Source: Octopus vulgaris (lineage: Eukaryota). Taken from it: a DNA stretch of 64,000 bases. A program made the position numbers and the translations under genes. The stretch covers positions 19,468,001 through 19,532,000 of the forward strand of contig OX597815.1 in assembly GCA_951406725.2 (NCBI GenBank), written 5' to 3'. A model generated the notes under the pieces. It was given only the letters and a program-made list of their open reading frames with translations. It did no database searches and was not told the DNA's origin. This document shows, piece by piece, positions 27,311 through 41,869 of this stretch; within the stretch, counting starts at the first letter, position 1, and every line of letters starts with the position of its first letter.

Positions 27311-28281
27311 TAATAATTATATATATATATATATATATATATGGTTTCGTCAACATCCGTGAGAAACAACGAGTGTTCTGTCACTCAACCTTATGCTAGC
27401 TAATACTTTCACACAAATAATAAACATATTTTTCTTTGTTTTAATCCGTCAACTCAAAATCCTTTTGCACCAAGTTGATTGTAACAAAAAATAAACTGAA
27501 CCCTAGGTTATAAATCTCAAACTAAAGAGCATTAACTCCTTATCACTCTTTTTAAATATTTGAAAATCTCAATATTGAAATTAAGTCCAAGTATTCCCAA
27601 GTTGTGCATCCCGTAATATACTGCTCAAATAAAAATCTATATCTTTGAAAATTCATAAATAAATGGGACTTGTTTAAGAAGTACTATTGTGACCATTAAC
27701 TGAAACCTGAGCCCAGAATATCGTAGTAAATGTCATTAAGTATTTTAAATTGAATTACCAGATTCCCTTTTTAATTCCTCAAATATATTCATATATTTTT
27801 TTCACCCTAATACAGTTGTCAGTAATTTCATTTTTGGTAATAACTACAAGGTTAATAAAAAATTTAGTGTTTACTGTAAATGTCTCATGCCATTAATTTT
27901 TGAAGGTAGCCTAGAACGGCTTGTGTTCCATTTACATTACATCAAAAAGTAGCACTCAAATCCGAATTCTATATTTCCAGTATCCGAAGGGAAAGTCTGA
28001 TCAAAATCAATACGTTTCTATCATCTGCAAGCGGTTTGCAATGCATTCTGTTTATGGTACTATTAGTGCGTGAAATAAAGGAATATTGTATCCTGTTTAT
28101 TCTGTATACATACATGCACATACATATTCGCGCATACTTATATATGTACCTACCTACATACGTATGTATGTATGTATATATATGTATGCATGTATGGAGT
28201 GTGTGTGCATATATAAGTACACATACATGTATCTTATATATACATAACTGTATATGCACATATGCATTCATATATATATAT

Positions 28282-28382
<101 letters not shown>

Positions 28383-30368
28383 CGTTTGTTTAATGTATAA
28401 AAGTATAAAATTCTAACTTGAGACAAACAAATCAAAACTAAAATCTGATTATAACCAACTAAGGATAGCAAACTAGGATGGGAGGAGAGACATTGATGTT
28501 TATGTGTAATTCTGATTGGTAGACAAATCGAAGTGTTGTAGTTTGGAACTAAATTTTGGCTAGTTTGGCTGGTTTCCATATAAGAAATTTGTTTGGCTTG
28601 CATGTAACTATTTCATCAATGATCTACACAAGTTCAATATTCATTAAGATCTATTCATTGCCACTAGGATATATGGCACATTTTCCTTTTGGCAATTCAC
28701 CATTAGAAATCGAATTGGCAACAGAACAGCTATTGTTTCTTTTTCATTGCTCTCACCACCATTTTCTTTTTTCGACTGTTCAATCTATTAACTTGTTTAT
28801 ATATATTTTGGATCAGTTCCTGCCATTACAATAGATATTATTTTTGTTGTTAAAAATTTTAGCATTGACTTCTATAATTTTATTTTTAATCTCCCCTTCT
28901 GGAATATACACAACAATTTTTTTCATCTATAATTTTCTTTTGTTTCTTATTTGACCTTTCCGCATTGAGAAATATTAAACAGAAAGCTAAACCTTAAAAA
29001 CACAAGCAAGTATTCCGACTTAACAGTTATTCACTGTAGCTGTGTATGCATACAGACTCACATCGATGCATATCCCCATAATACTACAAATACGTTTGTA
29101 TTCATACCAATAACAGACATACGGACGTACACACGCACGTATGTATGTGTGAATGTATGTGTGTATTTGTATACTTTCGTATATACATATATACGGTCAT
29201 ATTTATATAATGTTAGATGACAAATCAATAGTTCTACTAAAATATTTGAATCTTCAATAAAGTAAAAAGACCAACTGTACAACAAAAGCTTTAAACCATA
29301 TTGTTTCATTTCGCAAAGTAGATTAAATGTAGCTGACATTTTGTGCTAAATATTTCACCAATATTCTATCATTATATAAGTCTCGTTTTAAATATTTTCT
29401 GATTTCTCTTTAGTGTGTTAAGCATTTTTCATGTGTTTCGATTCTCAATACGTGTTCTTCCTAATTGCAGTGAATTGGTAGACACGGTAGAACGACGTAC
29501 TACCTACGCTAAAGTATTTACTGTCATTCGTTGACTTCCTGGCTTCAAACCTCGCAGAGTCCAATGTAAATTTCAACCTACCAGAATGGATAAAAGTTAT
29601 ACAAATTGAGCTTATGAGGATGTCTGAGCTATCTGTCGATCTGTTGAAAATTTCGGCGAAATTTTCCTCAAATCGGAGCCAACCATCTGACACATTGAAT
29701 AATTTTTTTTCAGTTACCAAATGGCAAGCTGGTCATATATGGAACTCATTTCCTCACCTGTCTGCTCGATATGCGGGAAACTGAGATTAAGTAAGACATA
29801 AGTTACAAAATAGGTTCGACCCAATTGCATACATACCTGGAGATAGATATCTGATACGATGTCAGTGCGTCATATCAGCATAGATTCTTTTTATGATTAA
29901 AATTACTAGGATGACCATTAGCTTAATCAATTCAAATATCACCTGTTATCTTTAATTTAAAATGTGTTAATGAAATTTAATGTTTCTTTTTATTAAAGAC
30001 AATAAAGTATATGTTTTATTTATCTTTGTATTTTATTTCATTTTTATCTTTCCCATGGAATTTTAAAGGTAAGTAAAACTAAAAGATTATTTTATTTCAG
30101 TAAATTTTCTGAACATAAAAAAAGAGAATCTGGGCATGCGCTTTATTAAAGATGTGTATACACGAGAATCTGTGCTTTTATATCTGCATGTCATTCTAAA
30201 TTATTTTATATGTATTCATATAATTATTCTCTCTCCTCTCAACTTTCTCTCATTTTCTCTTATGCAATCAAATATATATGTTGGGATGCATGTATATGTA
30301 TGCTGCCATATATACATGCTTATTTATATGGATATATGTATATATGTATGTGTGTGCCGATATTTATA

Positions 30369-30441
<73 letters not shown>

Positions 30442-30893
30442 TTCAAAGACAAAGATTGTTTCATTTTTATTTTCAAATGGCAACATTTGAACCAGATATT
30501 TGAACATACCAAACGTGTATGTCTTCATCTATGTCAGCATCACAGCTTTAATCAATATTGCATGTTTCTATTATAAAATAGTCAATTGGAAATATTTCTG
30601 CTTTTCAAACTGAAGATAGAAAACTATAACACCTTATACAATAACTATGTTTTCTAAAACATCAGAAACATATTTTTCCATGAATGGAGCCAATGTTTCT
30701 GATTTTACCATTGCCTAGAGCGCATGATCTGTTAGCAAGTAAAAATACATTGACGCGAATCAAACAAAGATAGAAATGTTTCACCAAATGACGATATCAC
30801 AACTAAAACACGAGAAAAAATTTCAAGTATTACCTATTGTCTAGATTACGCACAAACACTAAAATCACTCTTTTTCTTTACATATATCAAGAG

Positions 30894-30982
<89 letters not shown>

Positions 30983-31213
30983 TATATATGTACATATACA
31001 TATATATATGTATGTGTGTGTGTGTGTATGAATATGGATATAGATATATATAGTTATAGATGTAGATATATAGATATATACACGCACGCATACATACATT
31101 GACATAATACTACCTATATTTACATACCAAGTTAGATATAGTAACGTGTGTAAGCGTATTAGAATATATTTAATTACTTATGTGCACATGTATATGTATA
31201 TGTGTATATATGT

Positions 31214-31292
<79 letters not shown>

Positions 31293-31879
31293 CGTGTGTG
31301 TGTGCTTATGAGTGTAGGCGTATAATTACATGCATAGATATAAATATACATATATATGTGTGCGTGTCTGTGTGTCTGTGGTTTATATTAGTCTATTAAA
31401 CAGATGCAGGTAACTGTAAAGAAACTTTATAACTAGCATTAAAAGTATTCCATACACTATACTGTAAATAAATAACTTGATTTGTTGTATGCCCATATTG
31501 ATTAAAATTAACTGTATACCAATAGAGACTTTTTAAAACTATTTTTTGATTGATAAAATTAACTAGCCGTACATATTCACCTAAGATTATCATACAATTG
31601 CACCTATCAACGCACAGAAACAGCTTGAAAAATTGTGAATGCATATTAATTTTCTAATTTGATAAGGGTTTCACTAATTAGGAAAATACGTAAAACGTTG
31701 AAATAATTACATTAGACTTACCTACTAATTGAACTGTCTTTAGATAACTGTTATTTGATTGCGCAGTATGGTTGTCGTATACACGCACGCACACATATAT
31801 ATGTGTATATACATGTATATATATATATATGTCTGTATATGTATATGTATGTACGTATATATGTATGCATATATATACG

Positions 31880-31920
<41 letters not shown>

Positions 31921-31945
31921 TACATACACATACACACACGCACAC

Positions 31946-31977
<32 letters not shown>

Positions 31978-32191
31978 ACTCAGATGTACACACCTACATA
32001 TATTCAGGAAACAACAATAATAATGATGATAAAAATAATGATAGATGATCATATTATTATTACTTATATTCATATTAATTATAGTAATATATTTATATTT
32101 GGCATTATTAGTTTTATATTTTCTACTTTATCTACCAATATTAAAATTATGATTATTAACGTAATCCTCATAGGTAGACATACCTAGAAAG

Positions 32192-32256
<65 letters not shown>

Positions 32257-32307
32257 TTTATATATATATATATATATGTATTTATACATATATATACATA
32301 TATATAT

Positions 32308-32342
<35 letters not shown>

Positions 32343-32445
32343 GTATCTATGTATGTATGTATGTATGTATGTATGTATGTTTGTTTGTTTGTATGCATGT
32401 ATGTATGCATAATTTAGAATAAACAGTAAGTCGTTATTATAGTAT

Positions 32446-32770
32446 TGTAGTACTCGGAGTTTCGAATGTCAGAGCGAAGAGTTACGATGCATTTTGTTGC
32501 CGGTGTCGGTGATGTCGCTGGAACTGGCTGAGTGTTCTATGGTCAGTGGTCAGAACCAAAGACGCTCGACTCGACGGAGCTTTACAAAAAATGTGTCACG
32601 GGACCTTATTAGAAGCCTGCAATTGGTTGGGTTGCACATTGGCGCGTAATAGAGCAAGAGACAAATAGTACCAATACCAACCAATCAGAGTAGTGGACAC
32701 AACAGGGCCCGTCTGTATTTATGTTATATATGTCAGAGAGAGAGAGAGAATTTCACTTAGTTACGCTACA
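32446..32770. mobile_element. Possible solo LTR (or CCAAT-rich regulatory segment)
   Basis: TGTAG...CTACA inverted termini around a GC-richer 325-bp block with several CCAAT/ATTGG boxes; no exact TSD. Confidence 0.3.
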
Positions 32771-32888
32771 GATATCAGCATTATCCTTAGAATCAGTAAA
32801 AAACAGCCGCATTATCACCACCAATGTCAGCAGTAACACAGAAATTGTTAACAGTAACATAAACTTCGTCTTCATCCACATCAATAAA

Positions 32889-32920
<32 letters not shown>

Positions 32921-33192
32921 TAGATAGATAGATAAATGGACGGACAGACAGACAGTCGGTTAGATAGTTAACGTGATGGATGGGTGGTTTAATCATTAAC
33001 AGTAATGCCAATATACTAAGTATACCCCTATATCATAAGATGTACTGCATAGCTTTGTCTTCAATATATAACATATAGAGATGCAAACACAAATTTCCAG
33101 GTATAGAACTCTTTCATTAATGCATACCTCTTATACCTAAAAGGTATAAGTATATATACACATCCATACATATACATAATATAATTATATAT

Positions 33193-33251
<59 letters not shown>

Positions 33252-33274
33252 TATACACTTACATATATATATAC

Positions 33275-33349
<75 letters not shown>

Positions 33350-33828
33350 AATGAATAACCATGAACAAACACTTGGTTATTTCGTCTTGAGGAATTCCTT
33401 TTTATTCATACAAATGCAATAATAAAAACACGTCGGAATCAAATAGACTTAATGGTAAACAAAGCAAATACACTTAGATAACTTAACTGCTGGAGAAATA
33501 ATATATACAATGAAAATTGAGAACACAACTAAATAAGAAATATTTGTGAACAAAACAATAACAAAATGTGAATCTGAAATAAGATTATCATGGCGTAGAG
33601 TCATAACAAGGTAATTCACAAATTGGATATACAGTCCGTTGGGTATTAGTTGTTAATGGTTAATATAGTGGTATATGGTACACTGCGAAAAATATATATG
33701 TATATATCGCTGATAGATTCTGCTCATTAAATTACACTACGTCATATATATATATATATATATTTGTAAGAATATATATATATATATATATGTACATATA
33801 TATGTATGTATATATGTATATATGTATT

Positions 33829-33895
<67 letters not shown>

Positions 33896-33898
<3 letters not shown>

Positions 33899-34016
33899 TG
33901 AGAAAGTTGATGTGTGAAAGCACGTGGTTGAATATATAGAAAATAGTAAAAAGTGAAAAAAAACACAGAAGGCTTGTTTTAAAAAGCCTTCTGTAGTTTT
34001 TTCACTTTTTACTATT

Positions 34017-34026
<10 letters not shown>
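33896..34026 (-). mobile_element. Asymmetric palindromic element between (TA)n tracts
   Basis: 33932-33975 is the reverse complement of 33984-34026; the longer arm extends to 33896; related copy at 18085. Confidence 0.65.
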
Positions 34027-34062
<36 letters not shown>

Positions 34063-35940
34063 CCACAGCTCGTGAGCTGAAACTAGATAAAATTTTAAAA
34101 AATAAAATAAAAATATATATTCCTCATAGTTCTAGCAGTCATACGAGCATACCCACTTCTAATCTCATGAACCAAACGAAAAGGGATACTTGAAACAACT
34201 ACCACACATGGGTTCAACATTTAACTGCTGTTTTCATAATAATTCGTTTCATCATAAAAATAGAGTTTCTTGACTATTTCTTGGCAATGAAAATGATAAA
34301 TTCTTGATTTTTTTGTAGGTTTTCGTTCTTCGAGTTTAAGAATTGTGCAACATTCTGAAACCTTATTTCATGGCCAAGCTTCCATAATCCTACTTATTCC
34401 GTACTTTTCTATTCTACAGTAAGAGCTAGTGTGGATAAAACTCCACATGTCCTTCTTGTAAATAATTTAATATAATCAGTGTTATATATGGCGCTGACTT
34501 AGTTTTAGGTATAAAAGATGAAGTTGATACGGTTGTGAAAGTCTCATAAATATTCATATATGAATATTTACCAGGAAATTGTGTTATAATTTCCTCAAAA
34601 ATATAGAAGATGCAGGAGCTTATTCTTGGCAGCGTAACAAAGATAGCCATTACTGGAGAAGAGGAGGAAAGCAGAAGCTCAGACTATGCAGTTTACTATC
34701 TTGATCGTGTATATTGCTGTGCAAAGTAGTCGGTGCATGTTTATGTAAATGTTTGTGCCAGAATGATAGAGAATGAACAAATGAAATAGTGAGAGTAGGA
34801 GACACTGAGAGAGGAAGGAGGAGGGTGAGGGAGTATTATGAGAATTTTACAATAGTACTTAAACTGTCCACTAAACTACTGGAGATCCTAACATTGTTTT
34901 GTATCATTCATCTTAGTATATGCATACTGACTGTAGCAGTTAGTCAAATAGATCGTGTGACGTATACATACATACATGCATACATACATACATACATTAC
35001 CATTTGTATCTTTTTCTTGCATTTATTTATTTTTATGCCTTTTTCCATTATGTACCAAAATTATTCGTCTGTTTTCAAGCGCATAGAAAATATACGGTTT
35101 TATCGACACCCATTCTTATTCTACTTCTCTAAACTACAATAGCGTCGATATTTGATCTTCCAGGCTGCAATTTCATTTCTTTGTAATCTTTTTTTTCATT
35201 TTTTACCTTTTTTGTTTTTATTTTTTGGTTGGGGTGGGGTAGCAAACTGATCGAAACTTGATCTAAACTTCTTTTTTTTATATTTTCGATAGTTCTTTGT
35301 TGTTAAATGTCTTCCTGGCTCGTTTTTGATCATCTAAAAGGAATATAGCATTAATGTTGAAATAATGTATTCGAAATCTTAACAATTCTTTGGTTTTAAA
35401 GAGTTTAAGAGTTCAATAGACACTTCAGGTCAAATATATTTGCTTGCAGCGAGTAATTGTTAAGTTTGAAATACATTTAATGTGCAGAGAAGGTGATAAG
35501 AATAACGTGTAATTTAATAACCTAAAGCATTTTATATATTAAAAAGATCTCATATAATAAAACAGTTAGCGAAAAGAGAGCGATAGAGCAGATGATAAAA
35601 AATGGACATTTGACAACTTTAAAGGGATTCTTATTTGACTTGAAAGTCATAACACGACTGATTGAAGAAATATGTGACTGGTTGCTCAACCTGTAAAAAA
35701 TGACAGTCAAATCTCATTTATACGTTAAAAAAAAGTAAGCATCCTAACATCTTTGATCGGAGTTGACCTGTGACAAACAAGAACAATTACAAACGGGATA
35801 TATTTATCTGTTTTGTCAAAAAGACAAACTAACTGGGCCGAATTCAGGAAGAACTTATATAAGTTCGACAGGTGAAGTAACTAGACTTACCTGTTACTTC
35901 AAATTAAGTGTCTTCAGAGTATTTTATTTTTAAACTTTTA

Positions 35941-36037
35941 AACCGCTAAGTACGGGGATGTAAAGACACCAGCATCGGATGTCAAGTGATGGTGGCAGGA
36001 CAAACACAAACACAGACACGCAAGCATAACTTTATAC

Positions 36038-36071
<34 letters not shown>

Positions 36072-36106
36072 GTATAAGCATATATGTATATGCATATGTA
36101 TATATG

Positions 36107-36199
<93 letters not shown>

Positions 36200-36370
36200 A
36201 AATACACACATGTACGACGGGCTCCTTTCAGTTACCGATGCCAAATCCATTCTTAAGGTTTGGTCGGCCCTAGGCTATAGCAGAAGACACTTGCGTAAGG
36301 TGCCACGCAGTGCAACCGAACCCAGATCAATGTGGTTGTGAAGCAAGCTCCTTACCACACACCCACACCT
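35941..36370 (-). mobile_element. SINE with internal microsatellite (family of 57050-57445), 3' truncated
   Basis: The reverse complement matches the head (gtgtggtaag.agcttgc, ctgctatagcc.agggccgacc) and the post-microsatellite part (gatgctggtgt..ttac.tccccgt.cttagcggtt) of 57050. Confidence 0.88.
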
Positions 36371-36410
36371 CTATGTATGTGTGTCTACATATATATACAT
36401 ATATATATAT

Positions 36411-36456
36411 GAATGTATGTATAAATGCATACATAAATATGTAAGCACATATAAGT

Positions 36457-36502
<46 letters not shown>

Positions 36503-36548
36503 ACTTATATGTGCTTACATATGTATGTATGCATTTATACATACATTC
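36411..36548. repeat. Fold-back inverted duplication centred on (TA)n
   Basis: gaatgtatgtataaatgcatacataaatatgtaagcacatataagtatacat is mirrored as its reverse complement across the TA tract. Confidence 0.9.
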
Positions 36549-36578
36549 ATATATATATATATATTCATATATATATGC

Positions 36579-36629
<51 letters not shown>

Positions 36630-36658
36630 ATATGCATGTACATATATATATATACATG

Positions 36659-36756
<98 letters not shown>

Positions 36757-36759
36757 ATA

Positions 36760-36935
36760 AATCCCAAAAAGAACAAACACAAAAAAACAACAGCTCGAGG
36801 ACATGGTGCATGTTAAATATTAGCGGACGCTCAGGGAAGTAGAGATGGTTAACGTTTCGAGCAGACGCTCTTCTTCGGAAACTGAGGAAAGTCCAATAGA
36901 AGGGAAGATGGAGGAAGAAAATGGCCAACGATTCA
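36760..36935 (-). mobile_element. Short element with hammerhead-like motif, ending at (TA)n
   Basis: Minus strand CCGAAGA-A-gagc(gtct)gctc-GAAA-CG-TT followed by ttccctgagcgtc, resembling the 23638/39395/52290 family. Confidence 0.55.
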
Positions 36936-37176
36936 AATGTAGTTACATTTTGAAATACCAAAAGTTATATATATACAGGAGTGAATGTACGTATGTATAT
37001 ATGGAAACGGACACACACAAACACAAACACACATGCAAAATACATCATTATACTTGACAGACGAAAATCGATCTAACTGGCATCATTAGTATGAATTCAG
37101 CATGATTTTTGCATAACCGTTACATGTGGCGGGTAACTGCGAGTAACAGTGGAGTGAATCAGCACTTTAAATAAGC

Positions 37177-37213
<37 letters not shown>

Positions 37214-37320
37214 AGAGAGAGAGAAAGAGAGAGAGAGAGGGAGAGAGAGAGGGAGGGAGAGTGATAGAGGGAGGATATATATACATGTAGATTGATAGAT
37301 AGATACATACATACACATGC

Positions 37321-37366
<46 letters not shown>

Positions 37367-37373
37367 GCATATA

Positions 37374-37413
<40 letters not shown>

Positions 37414-37425
37414 CACATGCATATA

Positions 37426-37513
<88 letters not shown>

Positions 37514-37860
37514 TGTAGACACATTTGTGTGTATGTCTGTGCGTAAAGGATAATATATATCCCACTAGACAGAAAATTATAGCATGTCTGGTATGTATCC
37601 AAATCGATAGCTACACTCCTGATCAATAAAAAGTTATATATAAAGAACCGACCAAATTGGTTAAGAAAACAGCGAAGTAAAATATGTGAAAAAATAGTCT
37701 TGCTTCTATAATTGTATGTATTAGCATATATGTCAATATATCTTGCGACGTTACAGATGTATATATAGCTGTGTGTGTATGTGCCTGCGTGTGCGTGTGT
37801 GTATGTATTTGGATGTATGTGCATTTATGTGTGTATTATATATATATATGCGTGTATATT

Positions 37861-37905
<45 letters not shown>

Positions 37906-38864
37906 TCGTACGTATGTCTGTGTAGCTATATGTATATATTGATATTAGTCGATACAAATATATATTTCGACTGTATGAATTGTAACAAAAGACACAAAGA
38001 TAACTGCAGCATATTGAATTATGGTTACCGGAAGTAGACGTAAGTAAAAAGAAGACGAGGCCAAAAATAGATGCCAAAAGAAAGAGTAATTTTATCAACC
38101 TATAAAGTTGTCAATACGTTGCTGGCACCTTAGGAGAGTATAGCATAAGCTTACAGATGTAGGTCACGGATCTTATAGTTGCCTGTCAGGCCTCACTTGG
38201 TGGATGCCACAGCATACAGCGTTATTGATTTCTCTGACACATCTATGACTTTCTACCTATTTCGGCAAGAACTGCTTTTGATTTATATGTGGGGTTTATG
38301 AAATTATATGCAGCGCTGTCAAGCTCATTTTGTATATCTGTTCGTCTGTAAGCGCCTTTCTGTATGTATATGTTTAGGTATGTGCGTGTATGATTACACG
38401 TATTTACGTACCTACGTGTGTATGTAGGTATGTGATATTTATTTCCGGTTGCTAGTTCGAACGGTTTTGGATGTGAATCCATCTAGAATCTAAGCATTTT
38501 CGATAGTCTCTCTGTGCTGCTAAAACAAACCTACAAATTATCAATTTGTTCAAAGCATATATATATACGCATGTAAATGAACATGCTATGCTATGCATAT
38601 TGACAGTCAAATGCAACATTTGTAACACACGCAATTTCTACAATACAATAAACACACAGAGACATATTGAAAGCACTTCTCTAGCACAGAGTCACTTTAC
38701 AAGCAAATGCACACAGGCATAAAATATTCTACATCAACATCATATACATCAGATGTAGGATAAAACACACCTTTACACAATACACACACAAGCACATTTC
38801 TTAAGTAAACCATTATTACTCAGAAATACACTCACTAATGGCCACAAGCTCACAATGGACACAC

Positions 38865-38907
<43 letters not shown>

Positions 38908-39307
38908 CACACACGTACGCGTTGCACAATGGTTCACTTTGGACGAATGCAGTACAGATGTCAAAATGAAAATATGTGTTCTCATATTTTACATTCTCAC
39001 ACAAACAATAGCGTCTTTAAAATAAACGAAACACATGACCCTAAAAGAAAAACCAATGACGCCCGAGTAAATGTATACACAACAGTGAGTCACTCACAGC
39101 ACGGATCTGATTTGTTGCTCTTTCTTGAATCGACATTTTCCGTTCCACTTCAATTCCGATCATTCTTGATGTGGCCTGATATAAGCAACACCAATTTTCC
39201 CCTTGTTTTCATTTCATTGTTTATTGTCATCCCTTTCTCACATTCACTTTCTTCCTGAGGAAAAAGGTTCACGCGAAACGTCACAGGTGCCTTATATATG
39301 TGTGTGT

Positions 39308-39382
<75 letters not shown>

Positions 39383-39394
39383 TATATATAAAGG

Positions 39395-39588
39395 GAAAGT
39401 TTACGAAAATAAACAAAAGACGAAGGCAGGTGGAGTATGAACAAACAAATGTATTAGTATAGAGCTCAGGAATAGAAATAGAAAAAGTGTTTTACGTTTC
39501 GAGCCTACGCTCTTCGACAGAAAGATACACATAAAAAAAAGAAGGAGAGAAAAATATGCGCGTAGGACCTAACGATCTATCATGGCGT
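39395..39588 (-). mobile_element. Short non-coding element with hammerhead-like motif (best-preserved copy)
   Basis: Minus strand: cgccatg...tcttt-CTGTCGA-A-gagc(gtag)gctc-GAAA-CG-TA-aaa; 3' end abuts (TA)n. Confidence 0.7.
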
Positions 39589-40145
39589 CCTGACTTCGGA
39601 ATGTATGTATATAATTTACAAACACACACACACATATATATATACATACACATACAGAGATACACACACATATTTGTGTACGGAGTGGGATCTTGCTCGT
39701 TTACTCTGTAAAATTCGGGAATGCAAACATTTTAGAATTCTGTTTGAATAAACATTACGAAATAAATAACTCGCTTGCTTGTATATAGGAAACATAGACA
39801 AACACAGTTTTAACGTATCTGATAATTATGCTTCGTATCATATATGGCACGCATTTTTATCGTACCCTTAAGCTCTTCAAATTTTTATTTACAGTATCGA
39901 AGGTGTGTTAAGCCTTTAGTCAATTTACGCTCCTGCTTATCATGTATTCCTGTACAGTTCCAAGTAATTGAGATTCATAGCATAACCAAAAGTGGTTATA
40001 TATGCATTCATATATGCATTCATCAGACATCTGGTAAAGAAGGCTTCTACTATTGAACACTCTTTCGTTCATTACAAACTGTATTTGCGTCTGTGTGTTT
40101 ATGTATATAAACATGTATGCATAAATATAAAGATATATATATATA

Positions 40146-40199
<54 letters not shown>

Positions 40200-41019
40200 C
40201 ACAACGTATTGTGTTTGGGTAAGTGTGTCTGCGTCTACTTTAATTTGTATTTCCATGTCTAGACAGTAATCGTTTAGGCGTCTGCGTCAACAAAAGTTGT
40301 ATAAGTGTATTTCTTGGATCTATATAGTGATTTTGTAAGTCACTGGAAGTAATTTCTGACGTTTCGGTTTAGGTGCTTCCCCGGGTACCGAGAACAAATT
40401 GTTGTTTGTCCGTAAATTCATGAGAACTTAAACAGAGCCGGGATTGGCACACAATTGATTACTGCTTTTGAATGGGGAGTCAAAGAACTGAGAGAGAAAG
40501 GTAACTGCAGACAAAATGGAAAGGAATTTGAAAGATGGTGAGATGATAAGCAGAGAGGAGAAATGGAGTAAAATGGAAGGGGAAATTTGAATCTATAAAG
40601 AAATAGAGAAGAATTGATCGATTTTAGGTGAATGTTTTCTTGTGTTAGGAAAGTCAATGACCGCGGTAACCAGCTTGTGAATAGCATTATTAGCATTGAC
40701 AGATATATATGAACTACTGCATTGAGTTGTTGACTACAGTATGATACGCATATGCATAGGCATATACACATATATCTGCATGTACCAATAGTTTAAACAC
40801 GGACACGGACACAGAAATAATGTCGACCAGCGCATAGGTTGTTAGAAATGCACACACGCATGCACACTGGGTTTAGTCCAAACGAAACAATAATTTGAAG
40901 TGTAACTTATCTATATGTATATATATACAAGATATGATAGGAGGGTTGCAATTGCAACGGTTACTAATAGGTGCAGTTGAAACATATGTGGGTCTATGTA
41001 AATCTGTATATACATAAAA

Positions 41020-41095
41020 AGAATTAAAGGTAATGTTATGCCACTCAGTAATAATCATTATTATTATTGTTGTTGATATATATAAATATGTATGC

Positions 41096-41135
<40 letters not shown>

Positions 41136-41201
41136 TTATATATATCAACAACAGTAATAATAACGATTATTACTAAGTGGCATAGCATTATCTTTAATTC
41201 T
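41020..41201. repeat. Fold-back inverted duplication centred on (TA)n
   Basis: gaattaaaggtaatgttatgccactcagtaataatc...gttgttgatatatataaatatgtat is mirrored at about 41129-41200; differences in the unique part are transitions. Confidence 0.92.
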
Positions 41202-41377
41202 ACCTTTAATATATATAAACAAACATACAAATATACATGCATACATAAATGCATACAAACATGCATGAATACATGCATACATAGGTGCATATATATAAGT
41301 ATGCATGCATGCATACATACATACATATATACATACATACATACATACATACATACATACATACATACATACATACA

Positions 41378-41408
<31 letters not shown>

Positions 41409-41869
41409 CAGAGTAGTATTCGTAAAAGTGACTGGATATTTTTTAATAGGATACACATATAATCCGTATAACTCTTACAGATTTTGTAATACAATAAAAT
41501 TCATGAAACCTGCAAAATCATAGCATATAGATGTGTGCTAACATGTGGGTGCTCTGTATATGTCTGCATTTATTTATTTATACGTTAGTTTCTCGATGTA
41601 TGTAGGAAAATTGGCAAACACCGGGGTAAATGTATTTCTGCTAATGTTAGTAATTATTATTGCAATTTTGGTGTCTTGGATGCGACAGGATAATCCGAAA
41701 ATGTAGATAGTATTTCCTTTGATTTATCCGAGTGATCATCCCTCCCCATAAATTGGAATCTGTTTTGTTGAGATTTTATTATTATGTTTTGTTATAAATC
41801 TTGCTTGTTTTGACTGATATATACTGGTATAAACAGTTTTGTTTTCACCCTAGAACAGTCTTCAAAGTA

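Noticed and set aside
28440-28830. Possible minus-strand Penelope linker/endonuclease remnant (LVPNYNTSIC/VYQ)
   Set aside because: Only one short, frameshifted motif.
29758-29780. Possible 23-nt minus-strand exon (ctcag|...cag|gtgagg) and adjacent 91-aa ORF 29445-29720
   Set aside because: Not frame-preserving, the nearest upstream donor gives only a 56-nt intron, and the peptides are not recognisable.
34570-34730. Short ORF MQELILGSVTKIAITG..., exon-like or RTE LINE C-terminus
   Set aside because: Stops in all frames within about 45 codons, no donor, and only vague similarity.
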